From assembly GCA_051003155.1 (NCBI GenBank), contig JBPCLO010000013.1:1-64000 (forward strand): a DNA stretch of 64,000 bases, given 5' to 3'. The translations under genes and the position numbers were made by a program. Shown one piece after another: positions 39,371 to 49,144 of this stretch. Position 1 is the stretch's first letter. Each line of letters begins with the position of its first letter. The notes under the pieces are model-generated. The model was not told where the DNA came from and did not search any database. It saw only the letters and a program-made list of their open reading frames with translations. This stretch comes from Fimbriimonadales bacterium (GTDB lineage: Bacteria > Armatimonadota > Fimbriimonadia > Fimbriimonadales > ATM1).

Positions 39371-39761
39371 CCGGCTTGTAATACTCGCCACGAGCGAGGT
39401 GGTCGTCGAAGACTTTGGCCCAAGGCCATCGTCCTTGCCGCTGATTTTGTGTGTGCCGCTTATGTGCCAACTCATCGGTACTCATGACAATACAGTATAC
39501 CTCCGTCTACTAAAATATCTTGGCCCGCCACGTTCTCATCGAGTCTGAACCGCACGTGCTGATCCACCGGGCGAGCATGTTAGGTAACGCTTTTTCAGTT
39601 TTTAATTCTGTCCACACCCCCCGATCCTTGATGAGCGGTAGTGGCGAACGACGGGGCTATCGCTCGCGCATACCCAGGGCCGGCGTGTTGTAGCCTAATT
39701 TTCCATGAACCCTGCTCCGAATCCGCGACACTCATATAGATAGCCACCGGAGGTGAACAGA

Positions 39762-40791
39762 ATGAAACTCGCAATCGCCGCACTCGCGGCATTGGCAATC
39801 TTCGGCTGCGGCCAGAAATCCCAGCCCCAGCCCGCAGCGCAAGACGCCCGCAAAGCTATCGAAGGCGTCGAGGGATACGCCCTGGGCGACCCCGTCACAT
39901 ACGAGAACGCCACGTTCGTCCCCGTCCTAAGCACCAAGGAGCCGAACCAAGAAATGGATGACACCATCACCCTATCCGAGGCCAAGAAAAACAAATGGGT
40001 GGAAATCATCGAAGTGCCCGGCGACGAACAAGTCAGCCGCCTAAAGGTCCGCAACGTCGGTCCGAAACCGCTCCTTCTCCTCGGCGGCGAACTGCTGCTC
40101 GGCGGCAAGCAAGACCGCGTCGTCGCCAAAGACACGATCATCCCACCCGGCGAAACGAAGGACGTCGAAGTGTTTTGCGTGGAGCGTGGCCGCTGGGAAG
40201 GCGCAAGTACCCGCTTCGACTACGGCGGAACGATGATCCCCGACCGCGTTCGCAAAGCCGCGCAGTACGAGGGCCAGGAACGTGTTTGGGCGGGTGTCAG
40301 CGAGATGAACGAGAATGTCTCCCAGGACTTGGCGAGCACACCGCACCCGTCGAGCATCCGCGCCTTCCTCGGCGACGAGGCAGTGCAAGGGAAAGTGAAA
40401 AGTGAAATCGGGCATCAATTTCGTCGGTGCGCGGCTTTCGAATCCGAACGTCGTCGGCATCGTGTTCATTCTGAACGGGGAAATCAAGACGTTCGAGCTC
40501 TTCGGCACGCCGTCGCTCTTTAAGAAAGCGCACGGGCCGATCCTGGAAAGCTTCCTAACCGAAGCCGCCGTGGCCCCGAAATATCCCGCAAAGGCGCTCG
40601 AACCGCACCAATGGGAGCTCTTCGTCAAACAGTGCCTTACCGCCCCGCGCGATGCAAGCGCGGCGGGTTGGGCAACCTTGAAAGGCGACCGCGTGCGCGG
40701 CGGGGAGTTCAAGAGGGAAGCGGGCTCCGCACCGACCCACGGTGGCGCTCCCCCAGCACTTCTTTGCGCGCCGCGAGCGCCTCCTCGTTGA
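39762..40791 (+). pseudogene. ARPP-1/DUF6569-domain lipoprotein, frameshifted and 3'-disrupted
   Basis: Lipobox LAIFGC; LLLLGGELLLGGKQDRV and VFCVE.GRW; a 7-bp tandem duplication (AAAGTGA x2, 40392-40405) shifts the frame. Confidence 0.75.
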
Positions 40792-42831
40792 GCTTCAGGG
40801 CGTCTCCGTGCCTCCCCATTGCCAGGTAGGTCCACGCGAGGTTGTTCATGCTCGTGAGTGTGCCTGGGTGGTGCTCGCCCAGCGTTTCCTTGCTTAGCGC
40901 CAGCACCTTCACCTGGAGCTTCAGGGCGTCCGCGTGTCTTCCCATTACACGGTGGGTCACGGCATGGTTGTTCATGCTCCCGAGCGTGTCCGTGTGGCGC
41001 TCGCCAAGCACCTCCTTGCTTAGCGCCAGCACCTTCAGCTGGAGCTTCAGGGCGTCCGCGTGTCTTCCCATTACACGGTGGGTCACGGCGAGGTTGTTCA
41101 TGCTAGTGAGTGTGTCCGGGTGGCCCTCCGCCAGCACTTCTTTCTTCGCCGCGAGCGCTTCCTCCTGGAGCTCCAGGGCGCCGCATGCCTTCCCATCGCC
41201 CCGTAGGTCTCGGCGAGGTTGTTCACGCTCGCGAGGGTGCTTGGGTGTCGCTCCCCCAACACTTCTTTCTTCGCCGCGAGCACTTCCTCCTGGAGCTCCA
41301 GGGCGTCCGCGTGTCTTCCCATCGCCCGGTAGGTCTCGGCGAGGTTGTTCATGCTCACGAGGGTGCGCGGGTGGCGCTCGCCCAGCACCTCCTTGCTCGC
41401 TTCGAGGACCTCCTTGTGCAGCTCCAGGGCGTCCGCGTGCCTTCCCATCGCCCCGTAGGTCTCGGCGAGGTTGTTCACGCTCGCGAGGGTGAGCGTGTGG
41501 CGCTCGCCCAGCACCTCCTTGCTCGCTTCGAGCACCGCCTTGTGTAGCTCTAGGGCGTCCGCGTGCCTTCCCATCGCCCCGTAGGTCTCGGCGAGGTTGT
41601 TCATGCTCATGAGGGTGTCAGGGTGTCGCAAGTCTGGCCCACGCAGAGCCACAATTCGTTCGGCAACCGAAATGGCATCCTTCCGCTTTCCGCTAAAATG
41701 GAGGGCTAACAGCAAGTCATTTAAGAGATCTGGGTCGTCATCCTTGAGAGCGGACGCCTTTCGGTATTGCCCTTCGGCGTCGGGGAAGCGGTGCTGCCGC
41801 ATGAATACATCGCCCTTTCCCTTATGCACGCGAACGGCGACCGTGTCCACTACGGCCTCAACTTGGTCGTAAAGCGCGAGCGCTTCATCCAACTTCTGCT
41901 GCGCGAAGGCTATAAGCGCCTGCTCAAGGATGTTTTCATGGACGTTGCCACGTGCGAGTATTTCCTCGCGCTCTTGGAGAAGCCTCTCAATCTGCGCCTT
42001 GTGCCGCTCGTCCTGGGCTTCGAGTCTCTGAAGCTCAGCAGAAAGATCGGGGCTTGGTTTCGTCAGGTTCGCAAGCGCTTCTATCACCTGAGTGTGGCGT
42101 ATCTCGTCCGCGGCTTTCTGTTCCTCCTGGTTTTTTAGCACCGTCGAGGTATCGACTTTCACGAGGGCGATGTCGGCCAGGATCTCGTCAATCTTCGGAC
42201 GGAGCACGCCCACCTCATCTGAAATCGCGCTCCTGACTGTTTCCTCCAGGCGAGCAATCAGTGATTCGAGGTGTTTAGCAACGACGATCTCGCCTGGAGG
42301 CTGCTTCTCTGGAGGGTTCTGGCCCCGGTTATTGAGCGTCTCGAAGAGCGTCCACCAACAGGCGGTCTGGAAGGCAATCAGCGCCTTGTTATGACGCTGC
42401 TGCTTTAAGATTTGCGCGAAGGCGGCCACGAACGCTTCCGGCAGCCTCGCTTCGATCTGGTCCGCGAGCGTCTCCGTTATGGGCCGGCGCGTGCAAGCCC
42501 GGATATGCGGAATCAGGAAGGTGCCTACTGCCGCTACGTCGCCTCGGACGAATTGCTTCATCAGCTCCTTGGGAAACTTCGGAGAGTCAGGGATTAGATT
42601 GTCATTAGCCCATTTCTCGATGCATTCGGTCGCAGGATGACTTGCAGGACTGACGCTCTCGAGACTCCGAGCGGCGGCGATAAGAGCGAGCTTAATCGCG
42701 GCTTCGAAATGGAAATTGCGGCTCGTCGAAAGCCGTTCAGACGCGCCATCCCACGCGCGGCTCAGGAGATCGGCCGTTACACCGGTCAGAGATCCGAAGG
42801 CAAAAACGCCGATTGTAACGGGGTCAGGCAT
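40709..42831 (-). pseudogene. Tetratricopeptide-repeat protein (kinesin-light-chain-type 42-aa repeats), frameshifted
   Basis: Helical N-terminus, coiled coil and seven HPxTLxSMNNLAxTYxxMGRHADAL repeats; 1-bp deletion near 41180 relative to sister repeats. Confidence 0.8.
40742..41625 (-). repeat. Seven near-identical 126-bp tandem repeats encoding TPR units
   Basis: Recurrent gaggttgttcaYgctc and agggcgtccgcgtgYcttcccat at 126-bp spacing. Confidence 0.9.
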
Positions 42832-42885
42832 GTAAGGCTCGCTGAGTTAGAATTTACCCTGATAAGATAACGATCCTGTTCGCCA

Positions 42886-45342
42886 TTACTCCTCGATGCT
42901 GCCGTCGTCGCTGTCGGTCACGAGCCGGGCGATCGAGGCGACCTGGTCATCCGCGCCCAAGTTGATCAGCTTCACGCCCTGCGCGATGCGGCCGACCGTG
43001 CGAATCTCCTTGATCCGAAGTCGAATCGCCTTGCCGCGGTTGCTCATCAGCACGAGCTGATCTTCCCGCTCCACGATCTCCGCGCCGATGACCGGGCCCG
43101 TCTTCGCCGTCACGTTCATCGTGATGAGCCCGTACCCACCGCGGTTCTGGGGCCGGTAGTCCGAAAGCGGCGTGCGCTTGCCGAAGCCGTTCTCGCCAAC
43201 GACAAGCAGGTCGATAGTGGGGTCCTCGACCAGCATGGCCGACACGACCTGATCCCCCGCCCGCAGGTTCATGCCGCGTACGCCGCCCGCCGCGCGCGAC
43301 CGGCCCGTCAGCAGCTTCTCGTTGAACCGGATGCTCATGCCCTGCCGGCTGATCATCAAGACGTCCTGATCGCCCGTGCTCCGCATGACCCAAGCCAGTT
43401 CATCGCCGTCCTCGATGTCGAACGCACGGAGCCCGTTCGTCCGCAGGTTCGCGAACGCGCTGATTGGCGTCCGCTTGACCTCGCCCATCTTCGTGGCCAT
43501 CACGAGGAAGCCCTCGCCGAGGATGTCCTTCACCGTGAGCGTGGCCGTAACCATCTCGCCGCTCTCGATCTGGATGTAGTTGATCACCGGCGTGCCCTTC
43601 GCGTACCGGCCCGATTCCGGAATCTCGTAGGTCTTCAGCCGGTAAACGCGGCCCTTGTCGGTGAAGAAGAGAATGAAATGGTGCGTGCTGACCTGGAAGA
43701 GGTGCCCGACCTCGTCGTCTACCTTCATGGTCTGCCCGACTACGCCCTTGCCGCCGCGCCTTTGGCCCCGGTACGCGTCGAGGCTCATGCGCTTGATGTA
43801 GCCGTCGCGGCTAATCGAGACGATCGCCTCCTCCTCGGGGATCATGTCCTCTTCGCCGATCTCGCCGGCCTCCATCGGAATGATCTTTGTACGCCGCTCG
43901 TCGCCGTGCCTCTTGCGCAGTTCCTCGAGCTCCTCGCGCAAGATCAGCTCGATCCGCTTCGAGTCGCTGAGAATGTCCATCAGGTCGGCGATCTTGCGAA
44001 GGATCTTCTTGTATTCCTCCTCGAGCTTGAACTGCTCGAGCTTGGTGAGCCGGCGCAGTTGCATGTTCAGGATAACGTTCGCTTGGAACATGGTCATCCC
44101 GAAGCGCCGAACCATCTCGCGCCTAGCTTCCTCAGGGTCGTCGGCCGCCCGAATCACCTTGATTACGTCATCCAGGTTCGCCCGAGCGATCTGATATCCC
44201 TCGCTGATGTGCGCCTCTTCGAGGGCGCGGTATAAGTCGTACTTAGTTCGCCGCTCGATGACGGTCTTGCGATGCTTCAGGTATTCGTCGAGGAGCGTTG
44301 CAATCGGCGCCGTGCGGGGCACCCCCTCCACGAGGCTGAGGAGAATCGCGCCGAACGAAGTGCGCAAAAGCGTGTGCTTATAAAGGTAGTTCAGCGCCTT
44401 GTTCGGATTGCCGTCTCGCTTGATGATAATCTCTACGCGCATGCCGCGGCGGTCGCTGTAGTCCTCGACGCCACCGATCGCATCCATCTTCTTGTTTCGA
44501 ATGATGTCGGCGATTTGCTGAATCAGCGTCGTCTTATTAACTTGGTAAGGAATCTCGCTCACGACGATAACGCTGCGCCCGCCGTCCATGGGCTCGATCG
44601 CCGTCTTCGCCTGCATAACGATGCTCCCGCGGCCAGTCTCGTACATGTTGCGAATGCCCTTGGTCCCGAGGATCATCCCGTAAGTGGGGAAGTCGGGCCC
44701 AGGAAGGACCTTCACGATATCCTCGACGCCGCACTGTGGCTCGTCGAGCCGCAGAAGAATCGCATCCACGACCTCGCTCAGGTTGTGCGGCGGCATATTG
44801 GTCGCCATGCCGACCGCGATGCCCTGCGTGCCGTTGCAAATCAGGTTCGGGAACTTTCCGGGCAGCACCATCGGCTCGTTCATGGTCTGCAGATAGTTCG
44901 GCGTCCAGTCGATCGTCTCACGCTCGATGTCTTCCAGAACTTCCATGGCGACCTTGCTAAGGCGAGCCTCCGTGTAGCGGAATGCCGCCGGTGGGTCTCC
45001 ATCGATGCTGCCAAAGTTGCCCTGCGGATCGATCAGCGGATAGCGAAGCGAGAAGTCCTGGGCCATTCGGACCATCGTCAGGTAGATCGCGTCGTTGCCA
45101 TGCGGGTGAAAGTTTCCGGAGCAGTCGCCGATAATCTTGGCACTCTTGGTCCGGGCCCGGTCGGGTGTCCAGTTCCCTTCGAGCATCGTGTAGAGAATAC
45201 GACGTTGAACGGGCTTCAGGCCGTCGCGAACGTCGGGGAGTGCGCGAGCGATAATTACACTCATCGCGTAGTTCACATAACTACGCCGCATCTCATCTTC
45301 TACTGGGACTATCTGAGTTCGTGGAAGTTCGTTTTCGGGCAC
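42886..45342 (-). CDS. gyrA: DNA gyrase subunit A
   Basis: RALPDVRDGLKPVQRR, HPHG, AAFRYTE, GyrA-box QRRGGKG, C-terminal pinwheel repeats. Confidence 0.97.
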   Translation of the reverse strand: MPENELPRTQIVPVEDEMRRSYVNYAMSVIIARALPDVRDGLKPVQRRILYTMLEGNWTPDRARTKSAKIIGDCSGNFHPHGNDAIYLTMVRMAQDFSLRYPLIDPQGNFGSIDGDPPAAFRYTEARLSKVAMEVLEDIERETIDWTPNYLQTMNEPMVLPGKFPNLICNGTQGIAVGMATNMPPHNLSEVVDAILLRLDEPQCGVEDIVKVLPGPDFPTYGMILGTKGIRNMYETGRGSIVMQAKTAIEPMDGGRSVIVVSEIPYQVNKTTLIQQIADIIRNKKMDAIGGVEDYSDRRGMRVEIIIKRDGNPNKALNYLYKHTLLRTSFGAILLSLVEGVPRTAPIATLLDEYLKHRKTVIERRTKYDLYRALEEAHISEGYQIARANLDDVIKVIRAADDPEEARREMVRRFGMTMFQANVILNMQLRRLTKLEQFKLEEEYKKILRKIADLMDILSDSKRIELILREELEELRKRHGDERRTKIIPMEAGEIGEEDMIPEEEAIVSISRDGYIKRMSLDAYRGQRRGGKGVVGQTMKVDDEVGHLFQVSTHHFILFFTDKGRVYRLKTYEIPESGRYAKGTPVINYIQIESGEMVTATLTVKDILGEGFLVMATKMGEVKRTPISAFANLRTNGLRAFDIEDGDELAWVMRSTGDQDVLMISRQGMSIRFNEKLLTGRSRAAGGVRGMNLRAGDQVVSAMLVEDPTIDLLVVGENGFGKRTPLSDYRPQNRGGYGLITMNVTAKTGPVIGAEIVEREDQLVLMSNRGKAIRLRIKEIRTVGRIAQGVKLINLGADDQVASIARLVTDSDDGSIEE

Positions 45343-45496
45343 TTTCCGATCCTTGGCAATGTGCGCGGCAAAGGAGCTTGCGCGGCGATCCTGGAGGGTG
45401 TTATTGTACCTGCTCGACGGGTTTCTGGTTCAAAGTCGAACCGACGTGGAGTGCACGTTTAGAACACCCCGAGCGTCTATAATCGGAAAATCGATC

Positions 45497-46246
45497 ATGA
45501 AACTATTCGCGTTACTCTCGGTTCTCTTGGCGGCGATCTTCGTTGCGAGCTGCGGCGGTAGCGGCGGAGGTGGAGGTGGCGGAGGGGGCGGGCCATACTC
45601 GTCAGTGCGAGTAGAACTACCCGGACGCGATCCCCTCAATATCGTCGTTGGCGAGACGGTTCGCTTCGAACTGGCCGGTTACGACGAATTCACCGGAGAG
45701 CGGGACGTCCTGCAAGCAACATCATGGTCGATTCTGGACAATCCGAACGTGGGCACGATCAACGCCAATGGCCAGTTCACGGCTGCTCTTCCCGGCAATG
45801 CCAGGATCGCGGCGACGTGGAACGGCACACCACCGGCGATGCCATTGAGAATTACCGTTCGACCCCAGGGTCTCGCACGCCTGACCGGCACGGTGCGTAA
45901 CGCGTCGGGCGGAGCGGGCGTCGGGGGCGTACAGGTCATTTTCTTCAACCAGGGCAACGCCGAGGTCGGGCGCGCCACGACGATGTCGAACGGTACTTTC
46001 TTGGCCCAAGTCCCGACGACCGCGACGACCATGAACTTGGCAGAGAACACCCTCTCGGGCCGCTGGCTGAAACAGTGGGAATACAGGGGAATGGTCTACC
46101 AGGCGGGGAACTCGATCCCTAATTGCCACGCGACGTTTGTCGTTTCGAATCCGCCGTTGAACGGTGGCGAGACTGACGATATCCCGGACCCGTTACGCGT
46201 TTTCAGCTTAGGAACCCCACCGCCGTTCCCGGACGGCTGCAAATAG
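45497..46246 (+). CDS. Lipoprotein with Ig-like and carboxypeptidase-regulatory-like domains
   Basis: Lipobox FVASC and poly-Gly linker; W......VGTINANGQFTA; LTGTVRN...GV.V...T..NG.F. Confidence 0.75.
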   Translation: MKLFALLSVLLAAIFVASCGGSGGGGGGGGGGPYSSVRVELPGRDPLNIVVGETVRFELAGYDEFTGERDVLQATSWSILDNPNVGTINANGQFTAALPGNARIAATWNGTPPAMPLRITVRPQGLARLTGTVRNASGGAGVGGVQVIFFNQGNAEVGRATTMSNGTFLAQVPTTATTMNLAENTLSGRWLKQWEYRGMVYQAGNSIPNCHATFVVSNPPLNGGETDDIPDPLRVFSLGTPPPFPDGCK

Positions 46247-46247
46247 C

Positions 46248-46679
46248 ATGAGCTTGCGCGGATTCCTCCTCGGTCCGGGCGGGGCAGGTTCGCCAAGCGC
46301 CGACTTCGGTCTGCTCTTGTTGCGCCTCGTCGCCGGTTTGTCCCTTGCTTTCGGACACGGCCTCGGAAAGCTGCCCCCTAGTTCCGAGTTTATGTCCGGA
46401 GTCGCGAAGATGGGATTTCCAGTACCGGAAGCATTCGGATGGGCAGCGGCCCTCTCCGAGTTTCTCGGAGGCATCCTGGTCGCCCTGGGCCTCCTGACGC
46501 GTCCCGCAGCTCTCGTTGCATTCACCACGATGGCCGTCGCTTTATTCGTTCGCCATGGTTCGGACCCCTTCACGACTAAAGAGAAAGCATTGCTTTACGC
46601 GGCGGTTTTCCTGGCTATCCTCTTCACTGGAGCGGGTCGATACAGTTTCGATTCGGCCATCGGGGGCAAGGGCAAGTAG
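46248..46679 (+). CDS. DoxX family membrane protein
   Basis: LLLRLVAG, HGLGK, EFLGG.L..LGLLTR.AA, GAGRYSFD. Confidence 0.92.
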   Translation: MSLRGFLLGPGGAGSPSADFGLLLLRLVAGLSLAFGHGLGKLPPSSEFMSGVAKMGFPVPEAFGWAAALSEFLGGILVALGLLTRPAALVAFTTMAVALFVRHGSDPFTTKEKALLYAAVFLAILFTGAGRYSFDSAIGGKGK

Positions 46680-46698
46680 CCGGTAAACTCTTGCCCCG

Positions 46699-47883
46699 AT
46701 GCCTGCACGATCCAAGCGTTTAGACGATATCCCTCCTTACCTGTTTGCAGAAATAAGCCGCATCAAGGCCGAGATGCGCGCGAAGGGCGAGGACATTATC
46801 GACCTGGGAATCGGCGACCCCGACCAGCCTACGCCGACGCCCATCGTCGAAGCCCTCTGCAGAGAGGCGCATAATCCCGCTACGCACACGTACGATGAGT
46901 CCCCCCGTGGCTGGCGTCCATATCTAGATGCCGCAGCGCGCTGGTATCAGAAGACTTATGGGGTGTCGCTCGATGCCGGTACCGAGATGCTCGAAGTCAT
47001 CGGCAGCAAGGAAGGCTTGGCGCACCTCGTATGGGCTTACGTGGACGAAGGCGACGGCGTGATCGTGCCTAATCCAGGGTATCCCGTTTACCGTATGCAC
47101 TCCGTGATGGCCGGCGGGCGCATTTATGACGCCGAGATCAAGGAAGCGAACGGCTTCTTGCCCGTGCTCGAGGATATACCATCCGAAACGGCGAAGAACG
47201 CCAAGCTATTTTTCGTCTGCTATCCGAATAACCCGACTGGCGCTGTCGCTACGGCCGATTTCTACCGCGACGCCGTCCGTTTTTGCAAGGATCACGACAT
47301 ATTGCTCGTCAACGACATGGCTTATGGCACGGTTACGTACGAAGGTTACGTCAGCCCGACGGCCCTCCAGCAAGAAGGCGGTAAAGGGGTGTGCATCGAG
47401 TTCCATTCCCTGAGCAAGATGTTCAATATGACGGGTTGGCGTATCGCATTTGCCGCGGGCAACCCGGACGCCGTAGCGACGCTTGGAAGACTGAAGGACA
47501 ACATCGACAGCAAACAATTTCCCGCCATCGCGGGTACTGGCGCCTTCGCCCTCGAGAATTGCAATAACTCTGCAACCTTCAAGCTATACGAAAAGAGGCG
47601 GAATATTTTATGCGACGGCCTCAATGAAATCGGATGGAAAGTAAATAAGCCCAAAGCGTCCTTCTATATTTGGGCTAAGGTTCCAAGCGGCTATACCTCT
47701 GCAGAGTTCTCCAATCACCTGCTCCAGGACGCGAAAGTGCTCTGTATTCCCGGAGACGGTTACGGCTCCGCGGGCGAGGGATACGTGCGCATGAGCCTCA
47801 CCATAAAGGGCGACCGCGACGGGGAAATGATGCGTGAAGCCGTGCGCAGGATTGCCGTCTGCGGTATCGATTTTTCGGCATGA
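46699..47883 (+). CDS. dapL: LL-diaminopimelate aminotransferase (class I/II)
   Basis: PPYLFAEI, DLGIGDPD.PTP, IGSKEG, YPNNPTGA, EFHSLSKMFNMTGWR. Confidence 0.8.
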   Translation: MPARSKRLDDIPPYLFAEISRIKAEMRAKGEDIIDLGIGDPDQPTPTPIVEALCREAHNPATHTYDESPRGWRPYLDAAARWYQKTYGVSLDAGTEMLEVIGSKEGLAHLVWAYVDEGDGVIVPNPGYPVYRMHSVMAGGRIYDAEIKEANGFLPVLEDIPSETAKNAKLFFVCYPNNPTGAVATADFYRDAVRFCKDHDILLVNDMAYGTVTYEGYVSPTALQQEGGKGVCIEFHSLSKMFNMTGWRIAFAAGNPDAVATLGRLKDNIDSKQFPAIAGTGAFALENCNNSATFKLYEKRRNILCDGLNEIGWKVNKPKASFYIWAKVPSGYTSAEFSNHLLQDAKVLCIPGDGYGSAGEGYVRMSLTIKGDRDGEMMREAVRRIAVCGIDFSA

Positions 47884-49124
47884 CGTACGCCGAGGCGCGA
47901 GCATACATCGCTTCGCTCGAGGGACGGGGTTGGCGGTTGGAGCTAGACCGAATGCGCGAGTTCGTGCGCCTCCTGGGCAATCCTGAGCGTGAATGCCGCT
48001 GCTTCCACGTCGCGGGGACAAACGGGAAGGGCAGCGTCACGGCCATGATCGCCAGTGTGCTGAGAGAGTCGGGTTTTACGGTCGGCTCTTTCTTTTCTCC
48101 CTTTGTTTATGATTTTCGCGAAAGGATCCAGATCAATGGCGAAATGATTTCGGAACAAGGTATCGCGCGGTTGACCGAAATGCTTATTCCAATTTGCGAG
48201 CAGCTGGCCACCTCGCCCCTGGGAGGCCCTACGGAATTCGAATTTAAGACTGCTATGGGTTTTTGCCATTGGGCCGAGAAAAGATGCGACTACGTCGCCC
48301 TTGAGGTTGGTTTGGGTGGGCGACTCGATGCGACGAATATCATCGAAAAGCCGGTTGTCACTATTATTTCGCAGGTCGGGCTGGACCATCAGCAGTATCT
48401 GGGTGACACGATCGAAAAAATAGCCGCCGAAAAGGCGGGAATACTCAAACACGGCTGCCCAGCGGTCTCCGGTGCGACCGACGAAAGGGCCAAGAACGCA
48501 ATAAGCCACAGCAGTCTTTGGCGAATTCCCGAAGAGTTTTCATACACGGATGATTCGATCACCACACCGGTGAAGATCCGCAGCGGCATAGAAACAAATC
48601 TCCTCGGGGGTTTTCAGCGTCACAACCTCGCGGTCGCCGTCGCGGCGATCGACGCGAGCGGTATAGCCATTCCTGAAGAAGCCCTGCGGCGCGGCCTGGT
48701 GAACGTGAGTCTGCCCGGCAGGATGGAGATCGTCCGCCGGCAGCCTACGGTTATTCTCGACGGCGCTCACAATCAACAGTCGGCAGAATCAGTTGCAGCG
48801 TCAATAGCCGCTCTGTTCCCCGAGAAACAGGTTAGGCTGGTCTTCAGTTCCGCCACCGGCCACGAACCATCCGGCGTTCTCCGAGCATTCGCGTCTCTGC
48901 TCGAGAAGGCATACGTTTGTGAGATTGCACATGAGCGCGCCCAGCCGCTCGGTCAAATCGTATCCGCAGCCGTAACCGCACTGGACCCGGCAAGGATTCA
49001 AGTCTGCGCGGGTGTTGCAGACGCGGTTAGCCAGGCGGTCGGTGAGTGCACGGAGACCGAAATCGTGCTCATCACCGGGAGTTTTTATTTACTCGGCGAA
49101 GCAAAGGCCACCTTGGGAGCTTGA
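47880..49124 (+). CDS. folC: Folylpolyglutamate synthase/dihydrofolate synthase
   Basis: HVAGTNGKGS, EVGLGGRLDATN, PGRME, LDGAHN, TGSFYL. Confidence 0.95.
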   Translation: MTYAEARAYIASLEGRGWRLELDRMREFVRLLGNPERECRCFHVAGTNGKGSVTAMIASVLRESGFTVGSFFSPFVYDFRERIQINGEMISEQGIARLTEMLIPICEQLATSPLGGPTEFEFKTAMGFCHWAEKRCDYVALEVGLGGRLDATNIIEKPVVTIISQVGLDHQQYLGDTIEKIAAEKAGILKHGCPAVSGATDERAKNAISHSSLWRIPEEFSYTDDSITTPVKIRSGIETNLLGGFQRHNLAVAVAAIDASGIAIPEEALRRGLVNVSLPGRMEIVRRQPTVILDGAHNQQSAESVAASIAALFPEKQVRLVFSSATGHEPSGVLRAFASLLEKAYVCEIAHERAQPLGQIVSAAVTALDPARIQVCAGVADAVSQAVGECTETEIVLITGSFYLLGEAKATLGA

Positions 49125-49144
49125 CCTTCTGTTAAGAATCGACC

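Noticed and set aside
40742..41625. Regular repeats as a possible CRISPR array or DGR template/variable pair
   Set aside because: The units are 126-bp in-frame coding repeats with no unique spacers. No cas or reverse transcriptase gene is in the window, and differences are not confined to adenines.
44272..45462. 396-aa plus-strand ORF and similar long shadow ORFs (e.g. 49820-50959, 34476-35441, 15445-16446)
   Set aside because: They are antisense to well-conserved genes, a common artefact of GC-rich codon usage, and show no motifs.
45551..45593. GGC/GGA-rich tract as a contingency repeat
   Set aside because: It encodes an ordinary poly-Gly linker after the lipoprotein Cys, using mixed codons.
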